Assembly: GCA_030390025.1 (NCBI GenBank)
Contig: CM059432.1
Location: 99,946,001 to 100,010,000, forward strand
Direction of reading: 5' to 3'
Origin: Squalus acanthias
Lineage: Eukaryota
Length of the DNA: 64,000 nt
How positions within the stretch are numbered: position 1 is the first letter of the stretch; every line of letters begins with the position of its first letter. The position numbers and the translations under genes are program-made. This document shows positions 14,272 through 27,253 of the stretch, piece by piece. The notes beneath the pieces were generated by a model. That model had not been told where the DNA came from. It was given only the letters and a program-made list of their open reading frames with translations, and searched no databases.

Positions 14272-14544
14272 GAGTAACTTCAAGGTTTGCTGAAGGACTA
14301 CGAATTGACTGCTGTATACTGCCTCGTAGCATTGCTCGGGATCTCATAAGTAAGGTTTTCCATCTCACTAATGATATCTTGATCATGCAATTTACATGTG
14401 GCATTAATATTGATTTTGAGTTTTGTTGGATATGACAGAATCTGTTTTTAGGAGATCCTGGAGGATCTGTGATTGAAACAATTTTACAATGTTTGTTCAG
14501 AACTGCAGTTCTTGCACAAAAACATTGCGAGAATACTAAAAAAA

Positions 14545-15007
14545 AGAAAGACTTGCATTTATATAGCGCCTTTCATGACCACCAGACGTCTCAAAGTGCT
14601 TTACAGTCAATGAAGTACTTTTGAAGTAAAGTCACTGTTGTAATGTGGGAAACGCGGCAGTCAATATGCGCACAGCAAGCTCCCACAAATAGCAATGTGA
14701 TAATGACCAGATAATCTGTTCAATGATGTTGGTTCAGGGATAAATATTGGCCAGGACACTGGGGATAACTCCCCTACTCATCTTCGAAATAGTACGATGA
14801 GATCTTTTACGTCCACCTGAGAGAGCAGATAGGGCCTCGGTTTAACGTCTCATCTAAAAGACGGCACCTCCGACAGTGCAGCACTCCCTCAGCACTGCAC
14901 TGGAGTGTCAGCCTAGCTTTATGTGCTCAAGTCCCTGGAGTAGGACTTGAACCCACAACCTTTCTGACTCAGAGGCAAGTGTGCTACCAACTGAGCCACA
15001 GCTGACA
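14545..15007 (-). mobile_element. Full-length tRNA-derived SINE with L2-type tail (SacSINE1/DeuSINE-like)
   Basis: Minus strand head has A box TGGCTCAGTTGG and B box GGTTCAAGTCC; tail ...GCGCTATATAAATGCAAGTCTTTCTT is shared with L2 3' ends in the window. Confidence 0.85.
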
Positions 15008-16127
15008 CTATTAAGCTGATAACATGCAAATGCATGCAAAAAGCCATATTTAATATCATAGTGATGGAGCTCGCCAGATGTTGAAATTTTAAATGTAATT
15101 TAGAAAAGTATATGCTGTTTTTACTCCTTTGAGAGCAGATGCTTCTTATGGTTAGCAGTCTTATCACTTGGATTTAAACCAACACCTGGAGAATCTGATG
15201 CTGGAAGTTATATTGCTGACAGGTCAATTAATAGCAGTCGAGATCTTAATGTTAGGCTTCAAAGCATGTAGGGATTGGTCCTCCAAGTTTAGCACAAAAG
15301 TGAAGCTCATATCAATAAATTTGTTTCAGGAAAACTTTAATCTGATCACTGCAATTTTTTTAAGAGACAACAGCAGTTAGTTTGAGCTGAAAGCAAACAG
15401 TCCAGGCATTGAAGTTTGCATTATTCCACACATGTGAAGCTTCTCATGTTTAGTTATGCTCAGTGAGCCATGCACACAGCAGACATCTCCCCCTCAAACA
15501 TTGCCAGCAACAAGATCACCACAATATATATCATAAACATTGCCAGCATTGCAACAGTGACACGACAGCTGCTGCTGTTAAATTAGCCAAACAGGAAGCT
15601 CAGCCTAGAACAAATAAATGATAAAAAGGCAAGGGTTGCCAGATCCAGATTTATTCATTCACGAAAGTAAATAAGTAACTTAGATAAAGGAGTTTTACCG
15701 CAGAAAATTGCCATTAGTGTAATCAATATCATTTCCTCAAAGATCTCTCTATACATGTACTTTGTTAAAAGCTTCTAAAATCCAGATTTAATATGGTGGG
15801 TTATTAGCATTCAAATACTTAACAGATTTTCTGAAATTCCACTCTGCTATTTTTGAGGAGGTGTTAACTTGTTTAACATAAATGCCTTATTACATCTGCT
15901 TAAATAGCTGAGGAAAGAATCCTATAATATAATTTCAGGATCTAAATATTATCTATTATATGTAAAATTGAGAGATTGTCAGGCACGAGATGGTTTAGTA
16001 AGTCAATAGGCATATCCAAATTGACAGAACTTAAGGGCAGAATTCAATTAAGATAGAGATCGTCATTTGGTTAAGAAAGTGTTTGCAAAATAAATGTGCA
16101 TTTTTAGCTACTTTTGTAAGAGGGCAA

Positions 16128-17884
16128 ATGTTCTTCCATGTTGAACATCACTTGGAAGAAGCACTGAGGGCAGAAGTGACACAGAATGTACTCTCGGTAG
16201 GGGACACCAAAGTCCCACACCAAGAGTGGCTCGGTAGCACCACTCCTGAAGGACATAGCTGCTAGACTGGGCTTGCAGCAAGTGGTGAGAGAACCAACAC
16301 GAGAGAAAAACTTACTTGACCTTGTCATCATCATCCTACTTGACCTAGTCCTCATCAATCTACCTGCCGCAAACGCATTTGTCCACGAGTGTGTTGGTAG
16401 GAGTGACCACCACACAGTCCTTGCGGAGACAAAATCCCGTCTTTACATTGAGGACACCCTCCATTGTGTTGTATGGCACTACCACCATGTAAATGGGATA
16501 GATTCAGAACAGATCTAGCAGCTCAAAACTGGGAATCCATGAGGCGCTATGGGCCATCAGCAGCAGCAGAAGTGTATTCCACCACAATCTGTAACCTCAT
16601 GGCCTGGCATATCCCTCACTCTGCCATTACCATCAAGCCTGGCAACCAAACCTGGTTCAATGAGAAGAGAAGAGCATGTCAGGAGCAGCACCAGATGTAC
16701 CTGAAATTTAGGTGCCAACCTGGTGAAGCTACAACACAGGACTACATGCATGCTAAACAGCTGAAACAGCATGCTATAAACAGAGCTAAGTAGTCCAATG
16801 ACCAACAAACCAGATCAAAACTCTGCAGTCCTGCCACATCCAGTCGTGTATGATGGTGGACAATTAAACAAAGAAAGAGAGGATGAGGCTCCATGAACAT
16901 CCCCATCCTCAATGATGGCAGAGCCCACCATGTGAAAGCAAAAGACAAGGCTGAAGCATTTGCAACCATCTTTAGCCAGAAGTGCCGAGTGGATGATCCA
17001 GCTCGGCCTCCTCCTGAGGACCCGACCATTACAGATGCCAGTCTTCAGCCAATTCGCTTTACTCCACGTAATAAACAAAAGAACATAAGAATTAGGAGCA
17101 GGTGTAGGCCATATGGCCCCTCGGGCCTGCTCCGCCATTCAGTAAGATCATGGCTGATCTTCGACCTCAAGTCCACTCCATATCCCTTGATTCCCCTAGA
17201 GTGATATCAAGAAATGGCTGAGCGCACTGGATACAGCAAAGGCTATGGGCCCTGACAACATCCCGGCTGCAGTGCTAAAGACTAGTGCTCCAGAACTAGC
17301 CATGCCTCTAGCCAAGCTGTTCCAGTACAGTCACAATATTGGCATCTACCTGACAATGTGGAAACTTGGGCAGGTATGTACTGTACTAAAAGCAGGACAA
17401 ATCCAATCCAGCCAGTTCCCACTCCATCAGCCTATTCTCAATCATCAGCAAAGTGATGGAAGGTGTCACTGACACTGCTATCAAGTAACACTTACTTACC
17501 AATAACCTGCTCACTGATGCTTAGTTTGGGTTCCGCCAGGGCCACATGGCTCCAGACCTCAGTATAGCCTTGGTCCAAACATGGACAAAAGAGTTGAATT
17601 CCAGAGGTGAGGTGAGAGTGACTGCCCTTGACATCAAGGTAGCATTTGACTGAGTGTGGCATCAAGGAGCCCTAGTAAAATTGAGGTCAATGGGGATCGG
17701 AGGGCAAACTCGCTACTGGCTGGAGTCATACTTAGGACAAAGGAAGATGGTTGTGGTTGTTGGAGGCCAATCATCTCAGCCCCAGGACATTGTTGCAGGA
17801 GTTCCTCAGGGAAGTGTTCTACGCCCAACCATTTTCAGCAACTTCATCAATGAGCATCCCTCCATCATAAGGTCAGAAGTGGGA
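16128..17884 (+). mobile_element. LINE family A fragment (APE to RT), interrupted at ~17070-17200 by a short CR1 3' end
   Basis: ORF fragments 16273-17905 homologous to 51425-54141; inserted GAACATAAGAA-tailed CR1 piece splits ACTCCACG|TGATATCAAG. Confidence 0.88.
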
Positions 17885-18409
17885 AGAATTGAACTTGCCA
17901 TCTAGAGATAAATTATATGATACAAGTTCTTCCTAGGTAACAGAACTTGATGCAACTTTTAATGTGGTGTTAGTTATTGAAACTGGTGCTAAAGTTGTTT
18001 TAAACTCCACTTCACTGTTTACGGTAAGCACTGTATCATTGACGAAAAGAAGTTCTCTGATCAACGGGTGTTGGATATTGCTTTTTCCTCTAAGGCTATT
18101 AACGTTTTCATTCTGATCTTGTATGGAATAATATACCTTTGGCACGAGATAAGAAAGCATAATGAAGCATCAGAGAGAAGATTTACCAAGGAGAAAAACA
18201 CATCCCTGTTTGACACCACTGCAAATTCCAAAGCTGTCACATTGATTACCATCATACTGGATTGTAGCTTTCATACTGTAAGACTATCAATATGTTTTGT
18301 ATTATTTTTATTTCTAACAAAGACAGAACAGTAACGTAGACAGTATTGGTTTATATCATATTCGCGAAAAGCTTGTCTTTTTCCCACAATGATGCTGATA
18401 ACATATATA

Positions 18410-20197
18410 GGGGGAAAAATTCAGTTGGTTGCGCCTCCCGTTAGCGCCTTAAGAGGGCGCTAATGGGGCGCAAAGCATCTAGCGCCCAGGCGCGGCGACA
18501 TTTACGCCACTCGCGAAATTAACAAGACATTTTGCGGCGGCGCTAAACACTACCGCCACGATCTCCTGCGCCGGCAGATCGTGACATCAGTCGAGTGCGC
18601 AACGCCCCGGTATCGTCCCGGAGCAGATATTGAGTGGCGCCCCCTGCCTTACCGCCTGACGCTAGCAACGACAGGTTGAGGGGAGCGTTTTGCAGTCATG
18701 AAGGGACTGGGGGAGCGCTATTTAAAGGCGACCGCTTCCTGGGGGAGAAATTCAGTATCGCCCCATTTGGGGCGCAATTATCGGCCGGGCAAAAAGATTA
18801 GCGCCTGGCGCTAATTATCGCCACCGACTGCAAACTTGACTTTTATCGCCCCTGGAGGTGATTGGAGCGCTAAATCAGGCGCTTCACACCTGTCTTAAGG
18901 CGCAAAGGCCGAGGAGCGAGGCGCTACCTCAGAGCGCTGGCGAAGCTCATGTGATGTCAGTCAGCAATGGAACACACACACAATGGCACCGGCCAGTTCT
19001 TAAAGGGGATGGTTGATCTTGCTTTCCATCCACATCCTGCTCATTGCAGCCTTGAATCCCGGCCTGGAGACACCTGCACATCAAATCTGCTGGAAAGAAC
19101 AATGGAGAGTACCAGGGAAAGAGCTTAGAGTGCAGCCCCCACAATCACTTCTAAATCGATACAAGGAATGGCAAATCAAAATGAACCTGCAAAGTGCTGC
19201 TCAGTACCCAAAACTCCTTCACACAGCGTTGAATCTCTCCAGAAGTCTCTCTCTCTCTCTCTCAGAATGCGTGGTTCAAAAATGGCACCAATAATAAAAG
19301 GCAGGAAGCGGTCGCCTTCAAATAGCGCTCCCCCAGTCCCTTCATGACTGCAAAACGCTCCCCTCAACCTGTCGTTGCTAGCGTCAGGCGGTAAGGCAGG
19401 GGCGCCACTCAATATCTGCTCCGGGACGATACCGGGGCGTTCCACACTCGACTGACGTCACGATCTGCCGGCGCAGGAGATCGTGGCGGTAGTGTTTAGC
19501 GCCGCCGCAAAATGTCTAGTTAATTTCACGAACGGTGCAAACATCGCCACGCCTGGGCGCTAGATGCTTTGTGCCCCATTAGCTCTCTCTTAAGGCGCTA
19601 ATGGGAGGCGCAACCAACTGGATTTTTCCCCCCCTGCCTTTTATTGTTGGTGCCATTTTTGAACCACGCATTCTGACAGAGAGAGAGAGAGACTTCTGGA
19701 GAGATTCAACGCTGTGTGAAGGAGTTTTGGGTACTGAGCAGCACTTTGCAGGTTCATTTTGATTTGCCATTCCTTGTATCGATTTAGAAGAGATTGTGGG
19801 GGCTGCACTCTAAGCTCTTTCCCTGGTACTCTCCATTGTTCTTTCCAGCAGTTTTGATGTGCAGGTGTCTCCAGGCCGGGATTCAAGGCTGCAATGAGCA
19901 GGATGTGGATGGAAAGCAAGATCAACCATTCCCTTTAAGAACTGGCCGGTGCCATTGTGTGTGTGTTCCATTGCTGACTGACATCACATGAGCTTCGCCA
20001 GCGCTCTGAGGTAGCGCCTCGCTCCTCGGCCTTTGCGCCTTAAGACAGGTGTGAAGCGCCTGATTTAGCGCTCCAATCACCTCCAGAGGCGATAAAAGTC
20101 AAGTTTGCAGTCGGTGGCGATAATTAGCGCCAGGCGCTAATCTTTGCGCCCGGCCGATAATAGCGCCCCAAATGGGGCGATACTGAATTTCTCCCCC
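18410..20197 (-). mobile_element. Non-autonomous Harbinger (~890 bp), outer copy
   Basis: TIRs GGGGGAAAAATTCAGT / ACTGAATTTCTCCCCC; TSD ATA (18407-18409, 20198-20200); ends homologous to the ends of the Harbinger at 24678-41318. Confidence 0.9.
18741..19632 (+). mobile_element. Non-autonomous Harbinger (892 bp), same family, inserted inverted into the outer copy
   Basis: TIRs GGGGGAGAAATTCAGT / ACTGGATTTTTCCCCC; TSD CCT (18738-18740, 19633-19635); near-identical to outer copy in reverse complement. Confidence 0.92.
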
Positions 20198-20920
20198 ATA
20201 AACTTTTAAAACATAGGCTTCTGATCACAGCAGAAGGTAGTGTAAGGCAGGCAATATAACAGGCAATGTGCTGCTATGAGAAGAGCATCAAAGGTTGTTT
20301 ACAATAAAGCTATGGCTCAGAGAAATCAATGATAGGAAATAACAGTACAGTATGAAAAGTCAAGGGGCCTCTTATCTCTGTTTGGCAATTGGTTTGAACA
20401 ACTGGGTGGTCATAAAACATCAGATGGTGTTGCATTCAGTAGGAAGAGAACCATAAAGGAAAATGGTATAAAAGAGATGCAATGTTTGGATGTTGAGGGT
20501 GTTTAAGAGTAATATTTTGTCAATAATAAATAAAGTGAGTTAGCAAACATATTACTGTCTCTAGCTTTATGAATCTGGTGAATGGGTAAAGGACTTATCC
20601 AATAGTTTGATGAGATGGAAAGATCAAATCAGACTGAGGAGGACTGGGGGTAACCAACTTCAGCAATTGGACAAAGCCCTTTCTGCTTACCAGTTCAAAA
20701 CCTTTGTAATATCTAAGGCCATATAAAGAGGTTTTCCCTGGTCCTGACACTTCTCTTGCAGTTTCCTTAGTGCAAGGACCATGCTGATCTATCAGCAAGG
20801 AAGATCCCTGGATTCTTGGATAAACATGATCAGCAAGTGCTTGCAATCTTTTAAGAATAACCCGTGCAAATGCCTTGCCAGCAATGTTAAAGAGAGATAT
20901 TCCCCAATAGTTGTTGAAAT

Positions 20921-21840
20921 CAACAACTACAACAACTTGTATTTATATAGCGCCTTTAACATAGTAAAACGTCCCAATGCGCTGCACAGGAGTATTTTAA
21001 GACAAAAAATTTGACACCGAGCCACATAAGGATAAATTAGGACAGGTGACCAAAAGCTTGGTCAAAAAGGTAGGTTTCAAGGAGCGTCTTAAAGGAGGAA
21101 AGAGAGGTAATGAGACGGACAGGTTTAGGCAGGGAATTCCAGAGCTTAGGGCCTACATTAGTTTCCTACATTACAACAGTGACTCCACTTCAAAAGTACT
21201 TCATTGGCTGTAAAGCGCTTTGAGACGTCCGGTGGTCGTGAAAAGCACTATATAAATGCAAGTCTTTCTTTCTTTCTAGACAACAGAAGGCACAGCCACA
21301 AAGGTTGAGCGATTATGATCAGGGCTGCTCAAGAGGGCAGAATTAGAGGAGCGCAGAGTTTGTGGCGGGGATGAAAAACAATGGCTTTGGTCTTCCCAAT
21401 ATTTAATTGGAAAAAATTTCTGCTCATCCAGAACTGGATGTCGGGCAAGCAGTCTGACAATTTAGAGACCGTGGAGGGGTCGAGAGAAGAGGTAGTGAGG
21501 TAGAGCTGGGTGTCATCAGCGTACATGTGGAAACTGATGCTGTATTTTCAGATGATGTCACCAAGGGGCAACATGTAGATGAGAAATAGGAGAGGGCCAA
21601 GGATAGATCCTTGGGTGACACCAGAGGTAACGATGTGGGAGTGGGAAGAGACGCCGTTGCAGGTGATTCTCTGGCTACGCTTAGATAGATAAGAATGGAA
21701 CCAGGCGAGTGCAGTCCCACCCAGCTGGACGACGGTGGAGAGGCGTTGGAGAAGGGTGGAGTGGTCAACCATGTCAAAGGCTGCAGCTAAGTCAAGAAGG
21801 ACGAGGAGGGATAGTTTACCTTTGTCACAGTCACAGTCAC
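20921..21840 (-). mobile_element. L2 LINE 3' region fragments with an oppositely oriented SINE/L2 tail at ~21155-21277
   Basis: L2 RT motifs LLDLAAAFD, GVTQGSILGPLLF, YADDTQLY; L2 tail GCGCTATATAAAT. Confidence 0.85.
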
Positions 21841-21914
21841 AATCATTCTGATCTCCTTTGTTTTTGTACAACGGAATGGCATTGGCATCCTTCATGTCTT
21901 GCAGGCAAGCGAGA

Positions 21915-22620
21915 CAATCTGGATTTTGCATTGAGAATAACGGTGAGGCTATCAGCGTTCATCATTATTATGGAGTAAATCAGACAGCAACTTCCAGAGT
22001 CCGCACATGCACAGTTAAACACACAAATCCAGAATTTGCAGTCTTAATTACCCGGCTCTTCTACAGGCTACGCTATAACAGTATCTCACCAATAGACTCA
22101 GCATTGAAATCAATGTAAGGGCATGAAGTTGGGGCACTTACCCACTAATTACGCACTAAACACACCAGAAAAAGTTAGGTCTTGTGCATCAAGGTGTAAG
22201 TGATTTTTTAATGGCGTGATAAGTCATAATTATTGGCAAACAATCGGTCTGGCATTGAAAATTTAATTTTACAAGTGTTGGTGATTTTAAAAACTTTTTT
22301 TTAACTTTTTCTGACTTTTTTTATCTCTCTCTCTTAATCCCATCTTTCTTTCCCTCTATTTCACTTTCTGTACGCGATTTAAATCTAATTTATACTTCCT
22401 GGTTTATTATTCCTGCATATCGCAGTGAAGATTCTTCAATCTGATTGGTTGCTTGACCTGCTCACACATGCCACGGATCCCCTGTAGAGGGTGCCGCGCT
22501 GGATCAGATGCACGATGACAGCAAGTCTCTGCTCAAAAGCCCCCCAAAACTCTGTGATCAGCTGTCAGCAAGGTGAACGTCGAGTGCTGTTCCTTTGCCG
22601 CTGACTGCAAAATACGGGCC
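21915..22620. mobile_element. MITE-like element related to 12156-12847
   Basis: Ends GGATTTTGCA ... TGCAAAATACGGGCC; interrupts the RTE remnant. Confidence 0.45.
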
Positions 22621-23427
22621 ATTGTGCAGATGTTTAAGTGCAACCTGTTCTCCTTGTTTCAGTACTTCAGCTGAAATTCCATTTTTCCTGTAGCCTTTCC
22701 TAATGCTAGGGAGGTGATTGCCTTTTCATGCTCATTTATAGATGGCTCTATATCAAGCACCTTGATGATCTGAAGCCTGAAGTTTGCATTTAATGCTGTG
22801 TCATAAACAGTCGTTTCACATGGATAAAGTTCATTATAGTATTCCATCGAACGTTATATCTGCTTGTCTCTGTCAGTGATGATGTTTCCATTTGTGATTT
22901 GAGTGGTACAATCTCCTTGACTGAAGGATCTATGGCTTTATTTATTCCATCATACATACGTCTTGGGTCTCCATTTACAAAGAACATTGGTATTTTATAA
23001 AATAGGTTTAGCCAATATGATTGAGCACATTTCCTTGCTGTTTTTTGCAATTTGCTTTTAGCCATTCTGAGATTAGTACATGTCTCAGGAGAGGGATTCA
23101 TTCTATAGCAGAATAATGCTGTGTGTAATTCAATAACTGGAACCATTTCTCAGAGTATGCTGCAAACCAATCTTTATCTTGTACAGTCTTTTTACCATAA
23201 GCTAATGTTTCAGCTATGTGTATATTAGTTCTGAGTTTGAACCATACTATCTCAGCATTCGGGGGAGGCAACATCAATAACACAGCTTCTTCAAGATTCA
23301 CATTACATTGGAGACACCTTCCTTGGTCTTTTGTATTTTTGATGTTAATACATGGGCAACAACTTTGTTTGGACTGATGGAATTTCCTTAGTTAAAACCT
23401 TATTTCGCAGCATACAAGTGATGCATC

Positions 23428-23780
23428 TATGTTTAAAATGATTAAAGGAGTTGCTAGGGTAGATAGAGAGAAACTATTTCCTCTGATGGAGGAGACCAGA
23501 ACAAGGGGGTATAACTTTAAAATTAGAGCTCGGCCATTCAGGGGTAATGTCAGGAAGCACTTCATCACACAAAGGGTAGTGGAAATCTGGAACTGTCGTC
23601 CCCCAAAAAGCTGTTGTGGCTAGGTCAATTGAATTGATAGATTTTTGTTAAGTAAGAGTATTAAGGGATACAGAACAAGGCGGGTAGATGGAGATAAGAT
23701 ACAGATCAGCCATGATCTAATTGAATGGCTGAACAGACTCAAGGGGCTGAATGATCATACTCACCTATGTTCCTATATGC
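23428..23780 (+). mobile_element. CR1 3' end
   Basis: FKMIKGVARVDREKLFP...TRGYNFKI C-terminal motif and 3' hairpin/tail (CCTATGTTCCTAT). Confidence 0.85.
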
Positions 23781-23927
23781 CTTCGTGGCAGAGAGATTAT
23801 GAGAACAGCTTAGGGAGAGAGATCAAGTGGATATACACACCCTCCTTGATCTCTCTCCCCCAATAATATACATATATAAAATATATAGAGAGAGAAAGCA
23901 ATGAGAGGGGAGGGATGGGGGGAGGGA

Positions 23928-24290
23928 AGGAACATAGGAATAGGAGTCGGCCATTCAGCCTCTCAAGCATTCTTCAATTGTATCATTCAATGATTTGTAT
24001 CTTAACTCCATCTACCCGGCATTGGTTCCGTATCCCTTATTTATATCCCTTATATTTATCCAATTCCATTTTGAAAGTTACTATTGAATCTGCTTCCACC
24101 ACCCTTTCAGGCAAAACACTCCAAATCATAACAATTTACTACATTAAAAAAAATCTCCTCTTTTCCCCTCTGGTTCTTTTGCCAATTACCTTAAATCTGT
24201 GTCCTCTGGTTACCGAGCCTCCTGCCACAGGAAACAGTTTCTCCCTATTTACTCTATCAAAACCCCTCATAATTTTGTATACATTTTTAA
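23928..24290 (-). mobile_element. CR1 3' end
   Basis: YKIMRGFDRVNREKLFP...[12 protein letters not shown]. Confidence 0.85.
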
Positions 24291-25649
24291 ATTGAGTTTC
24301 CTGCCTGAACCTGGCCAGAATCACTGTCCTGGCTAGCGGACGGGAGAGGGATTTCGAACAGCAGGAGGTCACCACCGGATACCTGAGGGAACGATCCCCG
24401 GCACTGAGGTAGGTCGTTGGGGTGGTGGTGTCATTTAAAAAATTACACATTGCTGGGCCTCTTCTAGCACTGGATCCTTCTGACAGCAGCTTTCCCTGGC
24501 GTTGTCAGCACTGTGCAAGACTCATGCGGTCTGGAGTTCAAGTTGTGTCAGGGTCCAAATTCCATAGAATTACATTGAATATACAGCACAGAAAAAGGCC
24601 ATTCGGCCCAACTAGTCTGTGCTGGTGTTCATACTCCACACAAATCTCCACCCATTCTATCTACCTCATGTCACCAAGGGGGAGAAATTCAGTATCGCCC
24701 CGTTTGGGGTACAATTATCAGCCGGGCGCAAAGTTTAGTGCCTGGCGATAATTATCGCCTCCGACTGCAAACTTGGCTTTTATCACCCCTGGAGGTGATT
24801 GGAGCGCTAAATCAGGCGCTGCACACCTGTCTTAAGGCGCAAAGGCCGAGGAGCGAGACGCTACCTCAGAGTGCGGGCGAAGCTCAGGTGATGTAACTCA
24901 GCAATGGAACACAGACACACTGGCACCAGTTCTTAAAGGGGAGGGTCGATCTTGCTCTCCAGCCACACCCTGCTCATTGCAGGCTTGATACTCGTCGTGG
25001 AGAGACCTGTGCCTGAAATCTTCAGCCAAGGACTATGGAGAGGGTGAGAGAACGAGCTCAGCGCTTCATCGAGCGGGCCTTGGAGGTTATGGTTGGCGCG
25101 GTGGAGCGCCGAAAAGCTATACTGTATCCTCAGAGTGGCAGGAGGCCATTGCCGCGCGACTACAGAAGAGTGTGGAGGGAGGTGGCTCAGCACGCCTCCT
25201 CCAGGAGCATGGTGCCCAGGACCCATACGCAATGTCGCAAAAAGTTCAACGACCTCACTCGGGTCGTCAGGGTGAGTGGCTGTTTTTCAATACCTCTCCA
25301 TCCCTCCATCTCAACCTCACTCTATGGCCAGAGAGTCTTAAAACCCCAATTCCCAGCACTCATCCAAGACCTATGGCCATCTCATAAAACACACACGCAC
25401 ATTCCACACCTTGCATACATTAAGGGCTTTTCAACTATGGGAGGCACATCAGGCAAGACCATGACTGTATATTTACTCAGACGCCGTCCTTTTTCTTGCA
25501 GGCCAAGCTATCTCACAACAGTAGACAGCAGCAACGGACGGGTGGAGGGTGGCCTCAGCTGCAACCCCTCAGCGATCTTGAGGCGCGCGTCCACAGGATT
25601 GTGGCAAGCCCTGTGATCGGTCCCGTCACCCCTGGAGAGGCCGACCCCG

Positions 25650-27249
25650 TGTAGAATTCGCAATTATCGCGATTTCATTTTAATAAGGAGAAAACACAAA
25701 GTTTCGTTCAAAACAGCTTTTATTTCAGCGGAATGCTGTCAGGTTTAAATTGGACACAAGCAGCCTGTAAAATGGCCGCCGCACCGCGTGACAGAACATT
25801 CTAGACTTTTCAGCAGGCAGACAAGATGGCGTTCCAATAAACATTTTTGCAAGATCGATAACGATTCAGCACAGTGAAGACAATACACAGGACATTATGG
25901 GTTTACAGTATAAACATCGATACTGGAATCGGTCTCCCAGGTACAAAGGAAAGCCATCAAGGGCCCATCCAAAGGACATTAATATGTAAACTCCCAACGG
26001 CTCTACGATGAGAGAGCCGTTAGCAGGTAGTTATACAGGACACTTGGAAGCCCCAAACCCCTCCAGGGGGAACACCGACCGATTTAACAATGGGAGAAAT
26101 ATTAACAGGTACTCAAACATTCAGGAGTAGCCCCGAAACCCATTAAGGACAGAGATCACCCATACAGGACATTTTGGGCGCCAAACCTTAAACAAAAGAA
26201 TGGACATTGTAGTTGGGCGGGAAACGGAAGAACTGTGCACTATAATTGCAGGCCCCAAACCGTCCATTCTCTCTCTGGCCTCTTGCTCTTGCTCTTGCCT
26301 CGTGTTCTTGACTCTTGCCGCTTGTTGCTGTTATCATCGTGGCTGCTCCTGTGTAAAAGACTGTTGCAAAGACCTATGTTGGTAGCTGGCAGCGGAACCG
26401 AAGGCCCGGGATGAGATGAGATGAGATGAGATGAGAGGAGAAGAGAAGAAGACCTTATCCATCGCCACGGTCAGTAGATCCCGACCGCGCCTGTAGGTCG
26501 ATCAGCCAAGTCTTCTCGACAGGAAGTTTTCTTCTTTAACAAGACATATTGCATCAATGATAACTGGACTGTGTAAACACATCGTATCAGTGATATTGAC
26601 AACGGTGCTCCACGATTAAACTTTGAAGCCCACCAACAGAGGTCTTCACCACAGCGGACGGTCCAGCCGACTAGCCGAGCAGCAGAAGCAGTAAACAAGT
26701 GGGACCAGGAGATCTCCTGACCAACACGTGGGTGCTGCGGTGAAAAACATCCGATCAGCTATTCGGGATTTCTCCGAGTTATTACGAGTGGTGAGCATGA
26801 GTCTCGAGATCCTACGAAGCTAGTTTTAGGATAGATATTGATAGGGGAGGGTTTAAAGATTAAGGATATTTGTAATGTGTGCCCTATTTACGTTGTGCTG
26901 GTCGTTCCTCGTTTCCCTAAGAGTGATTATAACCGTTTGTAAGATTGTACTGTCATTAATCTGTGCATATGACATGTATTTCATAATTTTAAGTATCATG
27001 CAATAAAGATTTTCCATTTCGTACCGTTCAAACCAAGTCTACATGAGTTTTATCTCCATTACTGCTCTCGCATCTAAGTCCAGTGTCTAGAACCGTAAGG
27101 GAGAGTGATTCGAACCACTCACAGGGGTGTCTAGTGTTCCCAGACTGGCTGGAGACCAGGCCTAGACCCGCACTGACATACAGGCTGCACAGAGCCGCGT
27201 GAATCTCACAGGCTACGAGACACGCAGGGTCAGGAGAGAATCCCTTACA
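25650..27249 (+). repeat. 5' LTR (1600 bp, TGTAG...CTTACA)
   Basis: Direct repeat of 36628-38227 at constant offset 10978; no differences seen by eye. Confidence 0.97.
26215..26270 (+). promoter_or_regulatory. Candidate LTR core promoter: GC box, TATA-like element and Inr
   Basis: GGGCGG 26215-26220, TATAAT 26241-26246, CCATTCT (YYANWYY) with A at 26266. Confidence 0.55.
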
Positions 27250-27253
27250 GAAA

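Larger units (their letters stand above)
17885..23430 (-). mobile_element. Old RTE-clade LINE ORF broken into pieces by later insertions
   Basis: Collinear minus-strand pieces: KDWF...ARKCAQSYW...LGKATG (22659-23301), DANAIPLYKNKGD (~21840-21900), RLQALADHVYP (~20700-20920), LIRELLFVND (~17933-18160). Confidence 0.7.

Noticed and set aside
14930..15007. tRNA gene
   Set aside because: A/B boxes belong to a SINE head that continues into SINE core and L2-type tail
18947..19991. Duplicated 93-94 aa and 65 aa ORFs on opposite strands
   Set aside because: Result of the nested inverted MITE pair; no protein motifs
26200..26698. Small ORFs in the LTR (also 37178-37676) as accessory genes
   Set aside because: Short, derived from TCTTGC repeats or antisense, no motifs; duplicated only because the LTRs are
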